Positions 26,551-37,650 of a stretch of DNA of 64,000 nt are shown here, one piece after another. The notes under the pieces are model-generated. The model had not been told where the DNA came from. It ran no database searches and was given only the letters and a program-made list of their open reading frames with translations. Source of the stretch: Candidatus Tectimicrobiota bacterium (GTDB lineage: Bacteria; JACPUC01); contig JACPUC010000017.1 in assembly GCA_016192455.1 (NCBI GenBank), positions 1-64,000 on the forward strand, in the 5' to 3' direction. The position numbers and the translations under genes were made by a program. How positions within the stretch are numbered: position 1 is the first letter of the stretch; every line of letters begins with the position of its first letter.

Positions 26551-27711
26551 CTAGCTCACAAGAGAGGCGGTCACGCGACGCGCCCAGGCATCCGCAGCCA
26601 GCACCGTCTCGAGGTCCGTGACCGGCTTCGCCGTGTGCGCCGCCATGGTCTTCTCGATGGACTTGGGAATCTCCGAAAACGGCAGGCGCTGCTCGAGGAA
26701 CGCCCCCACGGCCACCTCGTTGGCGGCGTTGAGGACCGTGGGCATGGTGCCGCCGAGGCGGGCGGCCTCGTAGGCCAGGCGCAGACAGGGGAACTTCTCT
26801 ACATCAGGCGGCTCGAAGGTGAGCGTCTGCAGGGCCGCCAAATCGAGCGACGGAAGCCGGTTCGGCAGCCGCTGCGGGTAGCTGAGGGCATAGGCGATCG
26901 GCACGCGCATATCGGCGATGCCAAGCTGCGCAATGACGGCGCCATCGTGAAACTCGACGAGGGAATGAACGATGCTCTGACGATGGATGAGGACGTCGAT
27001 TTGCTCGAGGCTGACGCCGAACAGCCAGCGGGCTTCGATCACCTCGAGTCCCTTGTTCATGAGGGTGGCGCTATCGACGGTGATCTTCGCCCCCATGGTC
27101 CAGTTCGGGTGGCGCAGGGCCTCCGCCGGCGTGACGCTGGCGAACTTCTCCGGCGGGCGATCCAGGAACGGCCCGCCGGACGCCGTCAGCAGGATCCTGC
27201 GAATGGAGCTCCGTTGTTCGCCGGCAAGGCACTGGAAGATGGCGCTATGTTCGCTGTCCACCGGGATGATGCGGCTGGGGTCGGCAGACGCTCCCGCCAT
27301 CAGCTCGCCCGCCATGACGAGCGTCTCTTTATTCGCGAAGGCGACTGTCTTCTTCGCCTCGAGGGCGGCCAGGGTGGGGAGGAGGCCGGCGGCGCCGACG
27401 ATGGCCGCCATCACCTGCTCGGCCTCCGGCATGACCGCCACCTTGGTGATTCCCTCCACTCCGGCGAGGATTTCGACGCTTGCCGGCGGCAGGCGCCGGC
27501 GCAGACGCTCCGCGGCCTCGGGGTCCCGCAACGCCACGAGGCGCGGCCCGAACTCCGCCACCTGCCGCTCCAGGAGCTCATCGTTGCTCCCCGCCGTCAG
27601 CCCCACCACGGTGAAACGGTCCGGGTGGTCGCGGATGACATTGAGCGTGCTGGTACCGATGGAGCCGGTGGAGCCGAGCACGGCGATGGCGCGTCGTGGG
27701 GTTGCTGCCAT
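26551..27711 (-). CDS. dxr: 1-deoxy-D-xylulose 5-phosphate reductoisomerase
   Basis: LGSTGSIG, ANKE, PVDSEHSAIFQ, LTASGGPF, HPNWTMGAKITVDSATLMNKGLE. Confidence 0.98.
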   Translation of the reverse strand: MAATPRRAIAVLGSTGSIGTSTLNVIRDHPDRFTVVGLTAGSNDELLERQVAEFGPRLVALRDPEAAERLRRRLPPASVEILAGVEGITKVAVMPEAEQVMAAIVGAAGLLPTLAALEAKKTVAFANKETLVMAGELMAGASADPSRIIPVDSEHSAIFQCLAGEQRSSIRRILLTASGGPFLDRPPEKFASVTPAEALRHPNWTMGAKITVDSATLMNKGLEVIEARWLFGVSLEQIDVLIHRQSIVHSLVEFHDGAVIAQLGIADMRVPIAYALSYPQRLPNRLPSLDLAALQTLTFEPPDVEKFPCLRLAYEAARLGGTMPTVLNAANEVAVGAFLEQRLPFSEIPKSIEKTMAAHTAKPVTDLETVLAADAWARRVTASLVS

Positions 27712-27735
27712 AGGCCTGACGTGAACGGCGATTCC

Positions 27736-28542
27736 TTACCTGCCCAGGAACCGCTCCAGAAACTTGAGCCAGAAGTAGGAGGCGGGCGCGGCGAGGAGCA
27801 GGCCGTCGATGCGATCGAGGAGCCCACCGTGTCCGGGCAGGAGGCCGCCTGCGTCCTTCACCCCGACGCTGCGCTTCAGCAGCGACTCCATCAGGTCGCC
27901 GAGCTGGCCAGCCAGGCCCATGACCACGGCCAGGCTCAGCACCACGCCCCAGGGCAGAGGCACGGCGCCCGTGAGCTTGCCAAGGAGCGCCGCCAGGAGG
28001 CTTCCCGCCAGGCCGGCCATGGCGCCCTCGACCGTTTTCCGCGGACTCAGCCGCGGCGCCAGGGCCCGCCGGCCCCACACCTTGCCACCCACGAAGGCCA
28101 GTGTATCACCAATCCACACACAGGCAAAGAGCAGAAGGACGAGCCGAACGCCGTGCGGCGCGGCATGGAGCGGCACGAGGTAGCCGAGCAAGCCACCCAC
28201 GTAAAGGACAGCGAAGCAGCTCAGCGCCAGCTCGTCGACGGTGCGCCGGCCGCGCACGCCGATCCCCATGTGGAGCGTCAGGAGGAGGCTCACGAAGAGC
28301 GCCAGGATGGCCGGCAGTGTGCCGTCCCACGCCTCCGTAAAGCTCCAGACGTAGGCGAACGAGGCAGGCGCCACCAGGGCGAGGGCAAGCCGCGAGCGTT
28401 CCGCCGCGGTCATCAGGACGAGCTCGCTCGCCGCCACCGCGGCCGCTAGGGCGACGATGAGCGTGAAGAGCCAGGCGGGCGCGAAGAGGAGCCAGAGGAG
28501 GAGGGGGGGAATGAGGACGGCGGCGCTGAGGAGACGCGGCAC
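27736..28542 (-). CDS. cdsA: Phosphatidate cytidylyltransferase
   Basis: SPRKTVEG, GDLMESLLKRSVGVKDAG..LPGHGGLLDRID. Confidence 0.96.
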   Translation of the reverse strand: MPRLLSAAVLIPPLLLWLLFAPAWLFTLIVALAAAVAASELVLMTAAERSRLALALVAPASFAYVWSFTEAWDGTLPAILALFVSLLLTLHMGIGVRGRRTVDELALSCFAVLYVGGLLGYLVPLHAAPHGVRLVLLLFACVWIGDTLAFVGGKVWGRRALAPRLSPRKTVEGAMAGLAGSLLAALLGKLTGAVPLPWGVVLSLAVVMGLAGQLGDLMESLLKRSVGVKDAGGLLPGHGGLLDRIDGLLLAAPASYFWLKFLERFLGR

Positions 28543-28551
28543 AATGCGTTC

Positions 28552-29313
28552 TCAACTCTTCGGGGACAAGAGCTGTTCCTGCGTCCTCCCGAAGCGCCGC
28601 TGACGATTCTGGTAGTCGATGATGGCGCGCAGGAGGTCCGCCTCGCTGAAGTCGGGCCAGTAGATGTCGGTGAAGAAGAACTCGGCGTAGGCGAGCTGCC
28701 AGAGGAGGAAGTTGCTGACGCGCAGCTCGCCGCTGGTGCGGATGAGGAGATCCACGTTCGGCAGCCCCGCGGTGTAGAGCTGCCCGTCAATGGCGGCCTC
28801 ATCAATCTCCTCGGGCCGCAGGCGCCCGGCCGCCACCGCCTCCGCCAGGCGGCGCACCGCGCTGAGGAGCTCTTCCCGCGCCCCGTAGCTCAGTGCCAGG
28901 GAGAGCACCATGCCGGTGCAGGAGGCGGTCTGCTGGCGCGTCGAGGCGATGAGCTCCTGCACCTCGCGCGGCAAGTCCTGGATGCGACCGATGGCGTTGA
29001 AGCGGATATTTTCCGCCGCCATGCGGCGGATTTCCTTCTGCAGGAACTCGCTCAGGATGCCCCACAGGGCGCTGATTTCGGTGATGGGCCGGGCCCAGTT
29101 CTCCAGGGAGAAGGAGTAGAGGGTGAGCGCCTTCACCCCCAGCTCGCGGCACAGCGTCACCACGCGATCAACAGCCTGCACCCCGACGCGGTGGCCGGCG
29201 ATGCGCGGCAGATGGCGTTCCTTGGCCCAACGGCCATTCCCATCCATGATGATCGCGATGTGGGCAGGCAGGCGCGTGAGGTCAACCTGCTCGAGTAAGG
29301 GATGATCTGGCAC
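28552..29313 (-). CDS. uppS: Undecaprenyl diphosphate synthase
   Basis: HIAIIMDGNGRWA, YSFSLENW, DLLIRTSGELRVSNFLLWQ. Confidence 0.98.
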   Translation of the reverse strand: MPDHPLLEQVDLTRLPAHIAIIMDGNGRWAKERHLPRIAGHRVGVQAVDRVVTLCRELGVKALTLYSFSLENWARPITEISALWGILSEFLQKEIRRMAAENIRFNAIGRIQDLPREVQELIASTRQQTASCTGMVLSLALSYGAREELLSAVRRLAEAVAAGRLRPEEIDEAAIDGQLYTAGLPNVDLLIRTSGELRVSNFLLWQLAYAEFFFTDIYWPDFSEADLLRAIIDYQNRQRRFGRTQEQLLSPKS

Positions 29314-29352
29314 GGGTTGTCCCGAACTCCGTTGGCACGCGCCGCCGGGGGA

Positions 29353-29910
29353 TCAGGAGATCTCGAGGATCTCTTTCTCCTTCCGCGCGGCAACGTCATC
29401 AACCTGGTTGATGAACTGGTCGGTGAGCTTCTGCACCTTCTCCTGCGCCTTGAAAAGATCGTCCTCGGTGAGCTGCTTGTTCTTCTGCCGCGCTTTCAGG
29501 TCCTCGTTCCCCTCGCGTCGCACATTGCGAATCGCCACCCGACACTCTTCGGTCCTCTTCTTCAGGTGCTTCACCAGCTCGCGCCGGCGCTCCTCGGTCA
29601 TCATCGGGATGCTGAGGCGCAGCATCTTGCCGTCGCTGTTCGGAGTGAGGCCCAGATCGGAGGCTCGGATCGCCTTTTCAATCAGGGGCAAGGCAGTCGG
29701 GTCCCAAGGCTGCACCGTGAGCAGGCGACTCTCCGGCGCCGACAGCGTGGCGAGCTGGTTCAAGGGCGTCGGCGTGCCGTAGTAGTCGACCTTGATGCCA
29801 TCCAGCAGGGCCACCGAAGCGCGACCCGTCCTCAGGCTGGCGATCTCCCTCTTGAACACCTCGATGGCGCTCTCCATCCGCTGCTTCAGGTCGTTGAACT
29901 GCTCATCCAT
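29353..29910 (-). CDS. frr: Ribosome recycling factor
   Basis: LRTGRAS, VDYYG, LGLTPNSDG, EERRRELVK, AIRNVRR. Confidence 0.97.
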   Translation of the reverse strand: MDEQFNDLKQRMESAIEVFKREIASLRTGRASVALLDGIKVDYYGTPTPLNQLATLSAPESRLLTVQPWDPTALPLIEKAIRASDLGLTPNSDGKMLRLSIPMMTEERRRELVKHLKKRTEECRVAIRNVRREGNEDLKARQKNKQLTEDDLFKAQEKVQKLTDQFINQVDDVAARKEKEILEIS

Positions 29911-29912
29911 CG

Positions 29913-30635
29913 TCAGGAGGCCTCGCGAATGATGGTCCCCACATCCTCGCCGCAGAGCACGCGCTTCAGGTTCCCCGGTTGCCGCGCATCGAAGACGACG
30001 ATCGGCAGGGCATTGTCGCGGCAAAGCGACATGGCCGTGGAATCAAGCACCTTGAGGTTCCGCTGCAGCGCCTCGGTGAAGGTGAGCGTGCGGTAGCGCG
30101 TGGCGCTGGGGTCCCGGGAGGGATCCGCGGTGTAGACGCCGTCCACCTGCGTCGCCTTCAGGAGGATCTCGGCGCCGATCTCCATGGCCCGCAGGGCGGC
30201 CCCGGTGTCCGTCGTGAAGTAGGGGTTGCCGGTGCCGCCGGCGAAGATCACCACGCGCCCCTTCTCGAGGTGCCGCAGGGCCCGCCGACGGATGTACGGC
30301 TCGGCCAGCTCTTTCACCTCGATGGCGGTGAGCACGCGCGTCACCACCTCGAGCTTCTCCAGGGCATCCTGCAAGGCGAGGGCGTTCATGATCGTGGCCA
30401 GCATGCCGAGGTAGTCCCCCGTGGCGCGATCCATGCCGCGCGCGCTGGCTTTCAGGCCGCGGAAGATATTCCCGCCGCCGACCACGAGGCCCAGATCAAT
30501 CCCCAACTTCTTCACGTCGCGCAGGTCGAGGGCGATGCGCTCGACCACCTCGGGCTTGATGCCGTACTGGCCCGCTCCGCAGAGGGCTTCGCCGCTCAAC
30601 TTCACGACCACGCGCTTGTACTTCACGGCGGCCAT
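29913..30635 (-). CDS. pyrH: UMP kinase
   Basis: [33 protein letters not shown]. Confidence 0.98.
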   Translation of the reverse strand: MAAVKYKRVVVKLSGEALCGAGQYGIKPEVVERIALDLRDVKKLGIDLGLVVGGGNIFRGLKASARGMDRATGDYLGMLATIMNALALQDALEKLEVVTRVLTAIEVKELAEPYIRRRALRHLEKGRVVIFAGGTGNPYFTTDTGAALRAMEIGAEILLKATQVDGVYTADPSRDPSATRYRTLTFTEALQRNLKVLDSTAMSLCRDNALPIVVFDARQPGNLKRVLCGEDVGTIIREAS

Positions 30636-30707
30636 ACGCAGCGTTTCCCTCACCCTGGCGGGGAGCCGGCGTGGGCAGCGGCCCGACCTCCCGAGCGCTG
30701 ACCGACC

Positions 30708-31301
30708 TCACGCGCCGAGCTGAAAGCGGCTGAAGCGGCGTACCACGATGTTCTCGCCGAGCTTCGCGATCAGCTCCTTCACCAGCTCGGAGACCGTCTT
30801 CTTGTCCTCTTTCACGAACGGCTGATCGAGCAGGCAGACCTCACCGTACCACTTGTCGAGTTTCCCCTGCACGATCCGTTCAACAACCTGCGGGGGTTTC
30901 CCCGTCGCCTGGGCCTGGGAGGCGTAGATCTCCTGCTCCCGCCGCAGCACGGCCTCGGGCACGTCCTCGCGCCGCGCGTACTGGGGGGCCAGCGCGGCGA
31001 CGTGCATCGCCAGGTCGCGGGCGAGGTTCTGGAACTCCTCGGTGCGCGCCACGAAATCGGTCTCGCAGTTCACCTCGAGAAGGACGCCGATCTTGTTGCC
31101 GGGATGAATATAGGAGATGACTAGTCCTTCGGAGGTGGCCCGGCCCGCCTTCTTGGCGGCTGCCGCCAACCCCTTCTTGCGCAGGTGGTCGATGGCGGCA
31201 TCGAGGTTGCCGTCGGTGACTTGCAGCGCTGATTTGCAGTCCATGATGCCGGCGCCGGAGCGCTCACGCAGTTCTTTCACCATCGCCGAGGTAATCGCCA
31301 T
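30708..31301 (-). CDS. tsf: Elongation factor Ts (short form)
   Basis: [36 protein letters not shown]. Confidence 0.97.
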   Translation of the reverse strand: MAITSAMVKELRERSGAGIMDCKSALQVTDGNLDAAIDHLRKKGLAAAAKKAGRATSEGLVISYIHPGNKIGVLLEVNCETDFVARTEEFQNLARDLAMHVAALAPQYARREDVPEAVLRREQEIYASQAQATGKPPQVVERIVQGKLDKWYGEVCLLDQPFVKEDKKTVSELVKELIAKLGENIVVRRFSRFQLGA

Positions 31302-31463
31302 TCCACTCCACTCCATCACTCGCTCAACGGCACGATTACATCTTTGACGCGGGCCTGGCCAAGCCCTCGCCCCCTGGAGGCCGCGCCGCCACAGCTCGCT
31401 CCCTGCCCCTCGAACCAGGGCCGCACTGCGGCGCCCCTGCCCCACAACGGGTCGACGCCGGCG

Positions 31464-32249
31464 CTACCCTTTGCCCACGCCCACCTCGGTAGCCACGCCC
31501 ACCGCCGACGGCTCCATGCTCGCGGCGGCTCCTGGGCGGTCTCCCCCAGGCTCACCCCCGCGCCCTGCGAGGTTCTGCCCGGCGATGACGGCATCGGCGA
31601 TCTTCGAGGTGAGGAGGCGGATGGTGCGAATGGCGTCATCGTTGCTCGGAATCACGAAATCGATGTCGTCGGGATCACAGTTCGTATCGACGAGCGCAAT
31701 GGAGGGGATGCGCATCTTTTTCGCTTCGTTGATAGCGATGCGTTCCTTGCGCGAGTCGACCACGAAGATGGCCCCCGGCAGGTGGTCCATGCTCTTGATG
31801 CCGCCAACGAACTTCTCCAGCTTCACGCGTTGCCGTTCGAGACGCAGGACCTCTTTCTTCGAGAAGACCTCAAGGCTGCCGTCAACGCTGCGGCGATCGA
31901 GATCGCGCAAGCGCCGCAGGCTGATCTGGATGGTCTGGTAGTTCGTCAGGGTGCCGCCGAGCCAGCGGGTCGTGACGTAGAACTGCTGGCAGCGCTTGGC
32001 TTCGGCTTCGATGATGCTTTGCGACTGCTTCTTCGTGCCGACGAAGAGGATCGACTCGCCGCGCGCCGCAAGATCGCGCACGTACTCATACGCCGCCAGG
32101 AACTTCTGCAGCGTCTGCTGCAAGTCGATGATGTAGATACTGTTCCGTGCCCCGTAGATGTAGCGACGCATCTTGGGATTCCAGCGCTTCGTCTGATGCC
32201 CAAAATGCGCGCCGGCTTCCAAGAGCTGCTTCAACGTCAACGTTGTCAT
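31464..32249 (-). CDS. rpsB: 30S ribosomal protein S2
   Basis: [41 protein letters not shown]. Confidence 0.98.
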   Translation of the reverse strand: MTTLTLKQLLEAGAHFGHQTKRWNPKMRRYIYGARNSIYIIDLQQTLQKFLAAYEYVRDLAARGESILFVGTKKQSQSIIEAEAKRCQQFYVTTRWLGGTLTNYQTIQISLRRLRDLDRRSVDGSLEVFSKKEVLRLERQRVKLEKFVGGIKSMDHLPGAIFVVDSRKERIAINEAKKMRIPSIALVDTNCDPDDIDFVIPSNDDAIRTIRLLTSKIADAVIAGQNLAGRGGEPGGDRPGAAASMEPSAVGVATEVGVGKG

Positions 32250-32368
32250 GCGCGCTGTGATCCTCCCAGGTCTGCGGGCACGCCACCTCCCGCGGCACCC
32301 CAACTCTTCGCGTCGCTGCCGCTTCGGCCCGCCTTGGCTATTGCGAAACCCCCTCACTGCTCAAGGCA

Positions 32369-32397
32369 ATGGTACTGCAAATCATCCTCCCTCGCAA
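32369..32397 (-). promoter_or_regulatory. Putative sigma70 promoter of rpsB-tsf, followed by a ~115-nt leader
   Basis: TTGCGA-N17-TACCAT. Confidence 0.55.
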
Positions 32398-32472
32398 GGG
32401 CCGTGGCCCCGGCCCGCATCACGCCCCGGGTCGCGCCCGGGGTCAGCTTGCATGGGGCCGAGACTGCCCGAG

Positions 32473-33693
32473 TCAGGACCGATACGCCGCATTGATGCGG
32501 ACATACTCCTCGGAGAGGTCGCTCGTCCACACCGTGGCCTCTCCCCGCCCCAGTCCCAGGTCGATGCGCAGGTGCACGTCGCGCTTCTTCAGGAGCGCCG
32601 CGGCCGGCGGCTCCCAGTCGCTCTCCAGGGCGCAGCCATTGGCGGCGATGCAGTGATCGCCGAGGTAGATGCTCACCCGCTGCGGCTCGAACTGGATGGG
32701 CGCCACCCCCAGGGCGGCGATGATGCGGCCCCAGTTCGGGTCTCCGCCGAAGAGGGCGGTCTTCACCAGGGTCGAGCAGGCCACGGCCCGGCCGGCGATA
32801 CGCGCCTCGGCGTCGCTCGCGGCCCCCACGACGCGCAGGGTGACGAACTTCGTCGCCCCTTCGCCGTCGCGCACGATCTGCTGCGCGAGCTGGACGCAGC
32901 ACTCGCGCAGCGCCGCGGCGAAGGCGGCGTACCCCTCGCTGCCGGGCTGCAGCGGCGGCAGGCCGGCGGCCCCGTTCGCCAGGCAAACGACGCTGTCATT
33001 CGTGCTCGTATCGCCGTCAATGGTGATGGCGTGGAACGAGTCCTCCACCGCGGCGCGCAGGGCCTGCTGCAGGGGCTCGGCGGCCACGTCGGCGTCGGTG
33101 GCCAGGAAGGCGAGCATCGTCGCCATGTCGGGGTGAATCATGCCGGCGCCTTTGGCGATCCCGCCGATGGTCACCGGGCAGCCATCGAGGATGATCTCGA
33201 CGGCCGTCTCCTTGGCGAAGGTGTCCGTCGTCATGATCGCCTGCGCCGCCGCGCGGCTGTCGCCGGCGCCGAGCGCGCGCCCCGCCTCGGGGATGCCGCT
33301 GCGCAGGCGCTCCATCGGCAGGAAGGCCCCGATGACGCCGGTGGAGGCCACCAGCACCTCACGCGCCTCAAGCCGCAGCGCCGCGGCGGCCAGGCACGCC
33401 ATCTCGCGGGCGTCGCGCAGGCCGCGCTCACCCGTGCAGGCGTTCGCATTGCCGCTGTTGGCGATGATGGCGCGGGCCCGCCCCGTGCGCGCGACTTCGC
33501 GGCTCACCACCACGGGCGCCGCCGCGACCCTATTGCGCGTGAACATGGCGGCCACCGAGGCCGGACGGTCGGAGACGAGCAGGGCGAGATCGAGGCCTTG
33601 CTTCTTGACCCCGCAGGCGACCCCCGCGGTGCGCATCCCGCGCACCAGAGCCCAGCCCCCACCAACGAGCCGCGCCATCTCCTTGTTCCCCAT
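32473..33693 (-). CDS. argJ: Glutamate N-acetyltransferase / ornithine acetyltransferase
   Basis: NSGNANACTG, STGVIG, IMTTDT, KGAGMIHPDMATML, DGDTSTND, DGEGATK. Confidence 0.97.
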   Translation of the reverse strand: MGNKEMARLVGGGWALVRGMRTAGVACGVKKQGLDLALLVSDRPASVAAMFTRNRVAAAPVVVSREVARTGRARAIIANSGNANACTGERGLRDAREMACLAAAALRLEAREVLVASTGVIGAFLPMERLRSGIPEAGRALGAGDSRAAAQAIMTTDTFAKETAVEIILDGCPVTIGGIAKGAGMIHPDMATMLAFLATDADVAAEPLQQALRAAVEDSFHAITIDGDTSTNDSVVCLANGAAGLPPLQPGSEGYAAFAAALRECCVQLAQQIVRDGEGATKFVTLRVVGAASDAEARIAGRAVACSTLVKTALFGGDPNWGRIIAALGVAPIQFEPQRVSIYLGDHCIAANGCALESDWEPPAAALLKKRDVHLRIDLGLGRGEATVWTSDLSEEYVRINAAYRS

Positions 33694-33785
33694 TCCCCGC
33701 CACGCATGAGCCCACGGGCGCTGCGACGCTCCGCGGGCGCTGCGCCCCACCCCGGCGCGCGGCCCCCCGGCGCGGCTCCCCGCCC

Positions 33786-34835
33786 TTACAGCGCCAGGCC
33801 GGGGGTGCGCAGGGCGAGGGTCTCCGCCAAGCCGTGCATGAGGTTGAAGTTTTGGACGGCCTGCCCCGAGGCGCCCTTCACGAGGTTGTCGAGCGCCGAG
33901 ATGAGGATGAGGCGGCCCGTGCGGCTATCGACCTCCACCCCGATATCGCAGAAGTTGGAGCCGCGCACGTGGCGCGCTTCCGGCAGCCGCCCGGCGGCGC
34001 AGAGCCGCACGAAGGGCTCCTCGCCGTAGGCCTTGGCGAGCACCTCGCGGAACTGTGAGGCGCTGAGGGGCAGGCGCGGCTGCGCGTAGATGGTGCTCAG
34101 CATGCCGCGCGTCATCGGCAGCAGATGCGGGGTGAAGGTGATCGTCACCGGCACCCCGGCCGCCACGCTCAGCTCCTGCTCGATCTCGGGGGTGTGGCGG
34201 TGGCGCGGCACGCCGTACGCTTTCACGCTCTCGGCGGCCTCCCCGTAAAGGTACTGCGCCTCCAGCTTGCGCCCGGCCCCCGACACGCCGCTCAGGGCGT
34301 CCACGATGATGCTCTCGGGAACCAAAAGCCCCTCGCTCAGCAGCGGGGCCAGCGGCAGGATCGCGCTCGTGGGGTAGCAGCCGGGGTTGGCGACGAGCTG
34401 CGCCTCTTTGATGGCGCTGCGGTAGCGCTCCGGCAGACCATAGACGGCGCGCGCCAGCCAGCTTCGCGCCTCGTGGGCCGCTCCGTACCAGGCCTCGTAG
34501 GTCTGCGCGTCGCGCAGCCGGAAATCCGCGCTCAGGTCGATGACGCGCTTGCCCGCCGCCAGGAAGCGGACCGCGGCGCGCATCGCCGTCTTGTGGGGGA
34601 GCGCCAGGAAAACCGTGTCGCAGCGCTCCTCGAGACCCTCCTCGAGGAGGGGGGAGAGGGTCAGGTCCAGCAGCCGGGCCAGCGACGGGAAGAGCTCGGC
34701 GACCTGCTGGCCGGCGTACTGCTCGGAGGTGGCCACGCTGATCTCGACCGCGGGATGCGCCACCAGCACGCGCAACAGCTCATAGCCGGTGTAGCCGCTC
34801 GCTCCAATGACGCCAACCCGCACGCGCTCCGCCAT
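33786..34835 (-). CDS. argC: N-acetyl-gamma-glutamyl-phosphate reductase
   Basis: GASGYTG, DLSADFRL, ANPGCYPT, SGVSGAG, DNLVKGASGQAVQN. Confidence 0.98.
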   Translation of the reverse strand: MAERVRVGVIGASGYTGYELLRVLVAHPAVEISVATSEQYAGQQVAELFPSLARLLDLTLSPLLEEGLEERCDTVFLALPHKTAMRAAVRFLAAGKRVIDLSADFRLRDAQTYEAWYGAAHEARSWLARAVYGLPERYRSAIKEAQLVANPGCYPTSAILPLAPLLSEGLLVPESIIVDALSGVSGAGRKLEAQYLYGEAAESVKAYGVPRHRHTPEIEQELSVAAGVPVTITFTPHLLPMTRGMLSTIYAQPRLPLSASQFREVLAKAYGEEPFVRLCAAGRLPEARHVRGSNFCDIGVEVDSRTGRLILISALDNLVKGASGQAVQNFNLMHGLAETLALRTPGLAL

Positions 34836-35041
34836 GTCGCCGCCTTCACCGTAGCCGCCTCGACCCTGCCAGCTCCGCAGGCGGCGTGCGCTTCCTGCAC
34901 GCAGCCCCGACACACGCTGGGGCAGCCGCTTGCGGCGCCCTCCTCAATGCCGCTCGCCGGGGAGCACGCCGACAGCGCTCCCCTCGCTCCACGGCCCCGG
35001 CCACGCCGGGCCACGGCCAAGGAGCGAGGCCGGCGCCGCGA

Positions 35042-35437
35042 CTAGCGCTTCGAGAACTGGAAGCGCGCCCGGGCGCCGCGCTGGCCGTACTTCTTGCGCT
35101 CCTTCTCCCGCGGGTCGCGGGTGAGGAAGCCGCCGCGCTTCAGCGCCCTGCGGTGGGCTTCGTTGAGAATCTGGAGCGCCTTCGAGATGCCGTGCTGCAG
35201 GGCGCCCGCCTGCCCGGAGAGGCCGCCTCCCTTTACCGTCGCCATCACACTGATGCCGCCGATGGTTCCCGTCACCTCAAAGGGGCGGCGCACCAGCATC
35301 TGCGACGTGGGGCGGGTGAAGTAGTTCTCCATCGGCTTGCGGTTCACCGTGATGCTGCCCTCGCCCGGCCAGATCCAGACGCGGGCCACCGAGGTCTTCC
35401 GCCGCCCGGTTGCATAGTAGCGCTGCAGGATACTCAT
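35042..35437 (-). CDS. rpsI: 30S ribosomal protein S9
   Basis: [37 protein letters not shown]. Confidence 0.98.
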   Translation of the reverse strand: MSILQRYYATGRRKTSVARVWIWPGEGSITVNRKPMENYFTRPTSQMLVRRPFEVTGTIGGISVMATVKGGGLSGQAGALQHGISKALQILNEAHRRALKRGGFLTRDPREKERKKYGQRGARARFQFSKR

Positions 35438-35455
35438 CAGTCTTCCTTCTCCGCC

Positions 35456-35884
35456 TTACTGCTCGAGCGGCTTGGGTTGCTGCGCCGCGTGGGGATGCGT
35501 CGTCCCCGCGTAAACGCGGAGCTTGCGAAAGAGCTGCCGGCCGAGGGAGTTCTTCGGCAGCATGCCGCGCACCGCCTCCTCGATGATGAACTCGGGCTTG
35601 CGCTGCAGGACCTTCTGGGCGCTCTCCTCCTTCAGGCCGCCATGGTAGCCGGAGTGGTGCCGGTAGAGCTTCTGCTCCAGCTTCTTGCCGGTCAGGCGCA
35701 CCGCCGCCGCATTGATGACGATGACGTGGTCGCCGGCATCGACGTGCGGGGTGAAGGTCGGCTTATGCTTGCCGCGCAGGATCATCGCCACCCGCGTGGC
35801 GAGGCGCCCCAAGATCTTCCCCTTCGCATCGATGATGTACCAGGAAGGTTCAATCTCTTCTTTCTTGGCTACAAACGTCTTCAT
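35456..35884 (-). CDS. rplM: 50S ribosomal protein L13
   Basis: [41 protein letters not shown]. Confidence 0.98.
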   Translation of the reverse strand: MKTFVAKKEEIEPSWYIIDAKGKILGRLATRVAMILRGKHKPTFTPHVDAGDHVIVINAAAVRLTGKKLEQKLYRHHSGYHGGLKEESAQKVLQRKPEFIIEEAVRGMLPKNSLGRQLFRKLRVYAGTTHPHAAQQPKPLEQ

Positions 35885-36031
35885 GGTCGCCTTGGTCCTC
35901 GTCTCAATGTTCACCTCGCGCCGCTTGGCCGCCATTCCTCGAGAGTCTGCCTTGATCCCAGGACGCCGCCTGCTCCCTGCTGCTCTACCCCTGCGCCAGC
36001 AGCGACGACCGTCAGCCCCCAGGGACAGCCC

Positions 36032-36409
36032 TTAACGGCTCGACAGTTCGAAGGCGCCGGGCAGATGGTGCAGCGCCGCCACCGACGCATCGGCGGCCAG
36101 CTCCACGGCGATGACATCGAACCGGCAGGGCAGCGCGTGGAGACGCCGCCGCTGCAGGTAGGCCTGCGCCAGGCGCGCCAGGCGCCGCTGCTTGGCGCGC
36201 GTCACCGCCGCCTCGGGCGGCGCCAGGCTCCCCGCTTGCCTCGCCTTCACCTCAACGAAGACGAGGGTCGCGCCGTCCCGCGCGATGAGGTCGATCTCCC
36301 CCAGCTTCGAGCGCACGTTGCGTTCGAGCACCTTCCAGCCTTGCCGCCGCGCCCAGCGGACGGCGGCCTCCTCGCCCAGCGCGCCCCGCCACCGCCGCAG
36401 CCAGCTCAT
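36032..36409 (-). CDS. yraN: YraN/UPF0102 family nuclease
   Basis: GALGEEAA, GEIDLIA, VFVEVKAR, CRFDVIAV. Confidence 0.93.
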   Translation of the reverse strand: MSWLRRWRGALGEEAAVRWARRQGWKVLERNVRSKLGEIDLIARDGATLVFVEVKARQAGSLAPPEAAVTRAKQRRLARLAQAYLQRRRLHALPCRFDVIAVELAADASVAALHHLPGAFELSSR

Positions 36410-37107
36410 GGCGCCGGCTCAGCCGGCCGCGCCGGCGCCGCGAGAACACCGCGAAAGGTGCGGCGATGCACGGCGGTCGGGCCAAGGCGCCGCAGCGCCT
36501 CGAGGTGCGCCGGCGTGGGGTACCCCTTGTGCCGCGCCAAGCCATAGCCCGGGTAGCGCCGCTCCAGCGCAGCCATGATGCGGTCGCGGCTCACCTTGGC
36601 GATGATGGAGGCCGCGGCGATGCAGGCCGAGTGGACATCCCCCTTGATGATGCTGCGCTGCGGGCTGGCCAGGTGCGGCAGCGGCTGGTTGCCGTCAATG
36701 AGCACGAGGGCCGGCCGCACCCCCAAGCGCCGCACCGCTTTCAGCATCGCCCCCTGCGTGGCCCTGAGGATATTCTGCGCCTCGATCGCCCGCGGCGACA
36801 TGGCGCCCAGGGCAACGGCCACCGCTTCCCGGAGGATGGCGCCGAAGAGCGCTTCCCGCTGCCGGACAGTCAGTCGCTTCGAGTCGCGCAACCCCCACAG
36901 CTCGGGAGACGGCGGCAACACCACCGCCGCGGCAACGACGGGCCCCGCCAGCGGACCGCGCCCCACCTCATCCACGCCGGCCACCAAGGCAGGGCTCGCC
37001 GCGCCATCCCCCGTTCTGACGTCGCCAGCGCCGTTGCCGGCCTCGCAAAACTGCGCCACGCATTCGCGGTCAAACGCCAGCATCGACCGCAGATCGGGGA
37101 AGCGCAC
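36406..37107 (-). CDS. rnhB: Ribonuclease HII
   Basis: AGVDEVGRGPLAGPV, DSKRL, LIDG, AAASIIAKVSRD, HKGYPT. Confidence 0.96.
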   Translation of the reverse strand: MRFPDLRSMLAFDRECVAQFCEAGNGAGDVRTGDGAASPALVAGVDEVGRGPLAGPVVAAAVVLPPSPELWGLRDSKRLTVRQREALFGAILREAVAVALGAMSPRAIEAQNILRATQGAMLKAVRRLGVRPALVLIDGNQPLPHLASPQRSIIKGDVHSACIAAASIIAKVSRDRIMAALERRYPGYGLARHKGYPTPAHLEALRRLGPTAVHRRTFRGVLAAPARPAEPAP

Positions 37108-37165
37108 CCTGCCGCCTCCGTCCCAGCCGCGCCGCGCTCCGTAGCGAGGTGCGGTCCTCGCCAGC

Positions 37166-37510
37166 CTAGCGGTCGCGTTCCTTGATGCGTGCTTTCTTCC
37201 CGGACCGCTGCCGCAGGTAGTAGAGCTTGGCGCGCCGCACCTTGCCTTTCCGGCGCACCTCGATGCGCTCGACCCGCGGCGAGTGCAGGAGGAAGATGCG
37301 CTCCACGCCGATGCCGTAGGAGACCTTGCGGACCGTGAAGGTTTCCCGCACGCCGCCGCCGCTGCGCCCGACGACGTTCCCCTCGAAGACCTGGACCCGC
37401 TCCTTCTCCCCCTCGAGGATGCGCAGGTGCACCCGCACCAAGTCGCCGGGGCGGAAGTCCTCCACGCTGGCTTTCATCTGCTCTTTTTCAAGGTAGTCAA
37501 TCACATTCAT
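37166..37510 (-). CDS. rplS: 50S ribosomal protein L19
   Basis: [38 protein letters not shown]. Confidence 0.98.
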   Translation of the reverse strand: MNVIDYLEKEQMKASVEDFRPGDLVRVHLRILEGEKERVQVFEGNVVGRSGGGVRETFTVRKVSYGIGVERIFLLHSPRVERIEVRRKGKVRRAKLYYLRQRSGKKARIKERDR

Positions 37511-37650
37511 GGCAGTTGTGCTCCGCGCCACCCTCTGAACGTTCGCGCCGCTCCTGCAGCACGCTCGGCGCTGCCACCCCGCGGGGGGGGGCGGCCTCCA
37601 CCTTCGCCGTGCTCGATTGCGGCGGGCAAGCTGAGGAAATTCCTCACCCC